DNA from: Deltaproteobacteria bacterium
Lineage (GTDB): Bacteria; JADJOY01
DNA length: 64,000 bases
Direction of reading: 5' to 3'
Assembly (NCBI GenBank): GCA_016713535.1
Contig: JADJOY010000020.1
Location: 42,900 to 106,899 of the forward strand
In this document: piece after piece, positions 62,972 through 64,000 of the stretch
How positions within the stretch are numbered: position 1 is the stretch's first letter
How the letters are laid out: the number at the start of each line of letters is the position of its first letter
The notes under the pieces: generated by a model
What the model was told of the DNA's origin: nothing
The model's input: only the letters and a program-made list of their open reading frames with translations
Database searches by the model: none
Program-made: the position numbers and the translations under genes

Positions 62972-64000
62972 TCAGCGAGCGACACCCGCCGGCTCGCCAG
63001 CGGTCCACTGGCGATCGATCTCGCTCCACTCGCGGTCGTCGGTGGTCCAGTCGGCGTAGATCGCGATGCCGCGGATCGAGGCGAGCCTCTCCGCCGCGGC
63101 GCCGCGAGGCGAGGCGAGGCCTGCGCGGATCCCCGTGAGCGCCGTGGTCACGCGCTCGGTGGCGGGTCGTGCCACCCGGCGACGTCCTCGTAGGTCGGGA
63201 CCCCCATGCGCACCTCGCAGCCCGCGGGCGCCGCGGCCGGCAAGCCAGCCAGGTCGCGCGTCCAGCTCGCCATCAGCCGCTCGTAGATCCGCGGCCAGCG
63301 CAGCGCCGTGTCGTAGCTCATCACGCCGAGGTCGTCGGCGACCTCGCACACGCGCCGGATGTACTCGACGCTCCAGTGAACCCGCTTGTAAGGATGCAGC
63401 GGCGTGGTGGGCGGGTAGGCGGCCACCGAGAGCACCTTGCCGTGCGGCAGCGTCGCCTTGACCTCGCCGAGGAAGCGCAGGAACGCGGGGTCGTCGTCGG
63501 CGAGCGGCTCGACGTTGAGGTGGACTCCGTCGAAGCCGCCCTCGCCGACGAGCCAGCTCACCTGCTGGAGGAAGCCGGCGATCCGGACCCGGTCGGTGAA
63601 CAGCACGTCCTGGCCGAGGACCCCACCCGTCCACGGGATCACGCGCACCCCGGCCGCGCGTGACCGGAAGCGCGCGCGGAAGGACGCCGCACGCGCGTGG
63701 GTGAAGGTGCGGATCACGCCGCGGTCGCGCCAGCCGGGCCAGCCGCGCGGGTTCATCGGCCCGAGGAACGGGTACACGGTGGAGATGCCGTGCGCGGCGA
63801 GGCGGCCGGCAAGGGCGTCGAGCTCGGCGTCGCTCGGCTCCTCGTGGATCCAGCGCCGGCCGAGCCAAAGCGCGTTGTCACGGCGATCGAAGCTCACGCC
63901 AGCCGCCGCCGGCACGACCGGCGGCGGCAGCGCCCAGCTCACGAAGGCCCACGCGACGCCGGCCAGGCCCACGACGATCGCGAGCCCGATCCACGCGCGC
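62972..64000 (-). CDS. Hypothetical TIM-barrel/glycoside-hydrolase-like protein, partial at the right edge; frameshift near 63160
   Basis: Protein-like sequence spans ORFs 63148..63972 and the C-terminal tail of 62972..63868 (...IAIYADWTTDDREWSEIDRQW). The frame junction falls at VAGWHD | PATERVTT. Confidence 0.5.

Overview
This 64 kb window has about 72% GC and carries only protein-coding genes and repeats; I found no rRNA, tRNA, CRISPR array, integrase or transposase. It is almost certainly a myxobacterial chromosome segment: three secreted proteins end in a MYXO-CTERM-like sorting tag (Cys motif, hydrophobic helix, Arg-rich tail), there is a sigma54-type regulator, and the ORF track is full of antisense 'shadow' ORFs typical of high-GC DNA. 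Recognisable content is listed in order. (1) A very large one-component regulator at 480-5534: Ser/Thr kinase, P-loop NTPase, TPR, GAF, sigma54 AAA+ and Fis-type HTH, currently split over three reading frames. (2) Two adjacent lipoprotein genes whose products end in long Gly/Ser/Asp acidic tails encoded by tandem DNA repeats. (3) Several lipoproteins and envelope proteins: an EEP-fold nuclease/phosphatase, a metallophosphoesterase, an AI-2E transporter, a DsbA-family protein translationally coupled to an M14 peptidase, and FG-GAP proteins. (4) rsgA, a Rieske protein, a SolA-like oxidase, an SDR, two GNAT genes, a tetR gene and a sterol-desaturase-family gene. (5) A tightly coupled Phe/Tyr catabolic operon, phhA-hppD-hmgA-FAH-maiA, with 4-bp start/stop overlaps; as given, phhA runs in frame into hppD. 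(6) A roughly 1.25 kb low-GC islet at 51.8-53.0 kb with a hicB/hicA-like toxin-antitoxin pair and a repeated AGGTGACACTCAT motif. (7) Three tandem CrtI-like FAD oxidoreductases followed by a MacB-type ABC exporter. Intergenic regions, especially between convergent genes, carry at least three families of GC-rich multi-hairpin REP-like elements. At least ten genes show apparent 1-bp frameshifts, mostly at homopolymers, which points to assembly indel errors rather than mass pseudogenisation. Coordinates come from ORF-track arithmetic where possible; coordinates counted by hand may be off by 1-3 nt.
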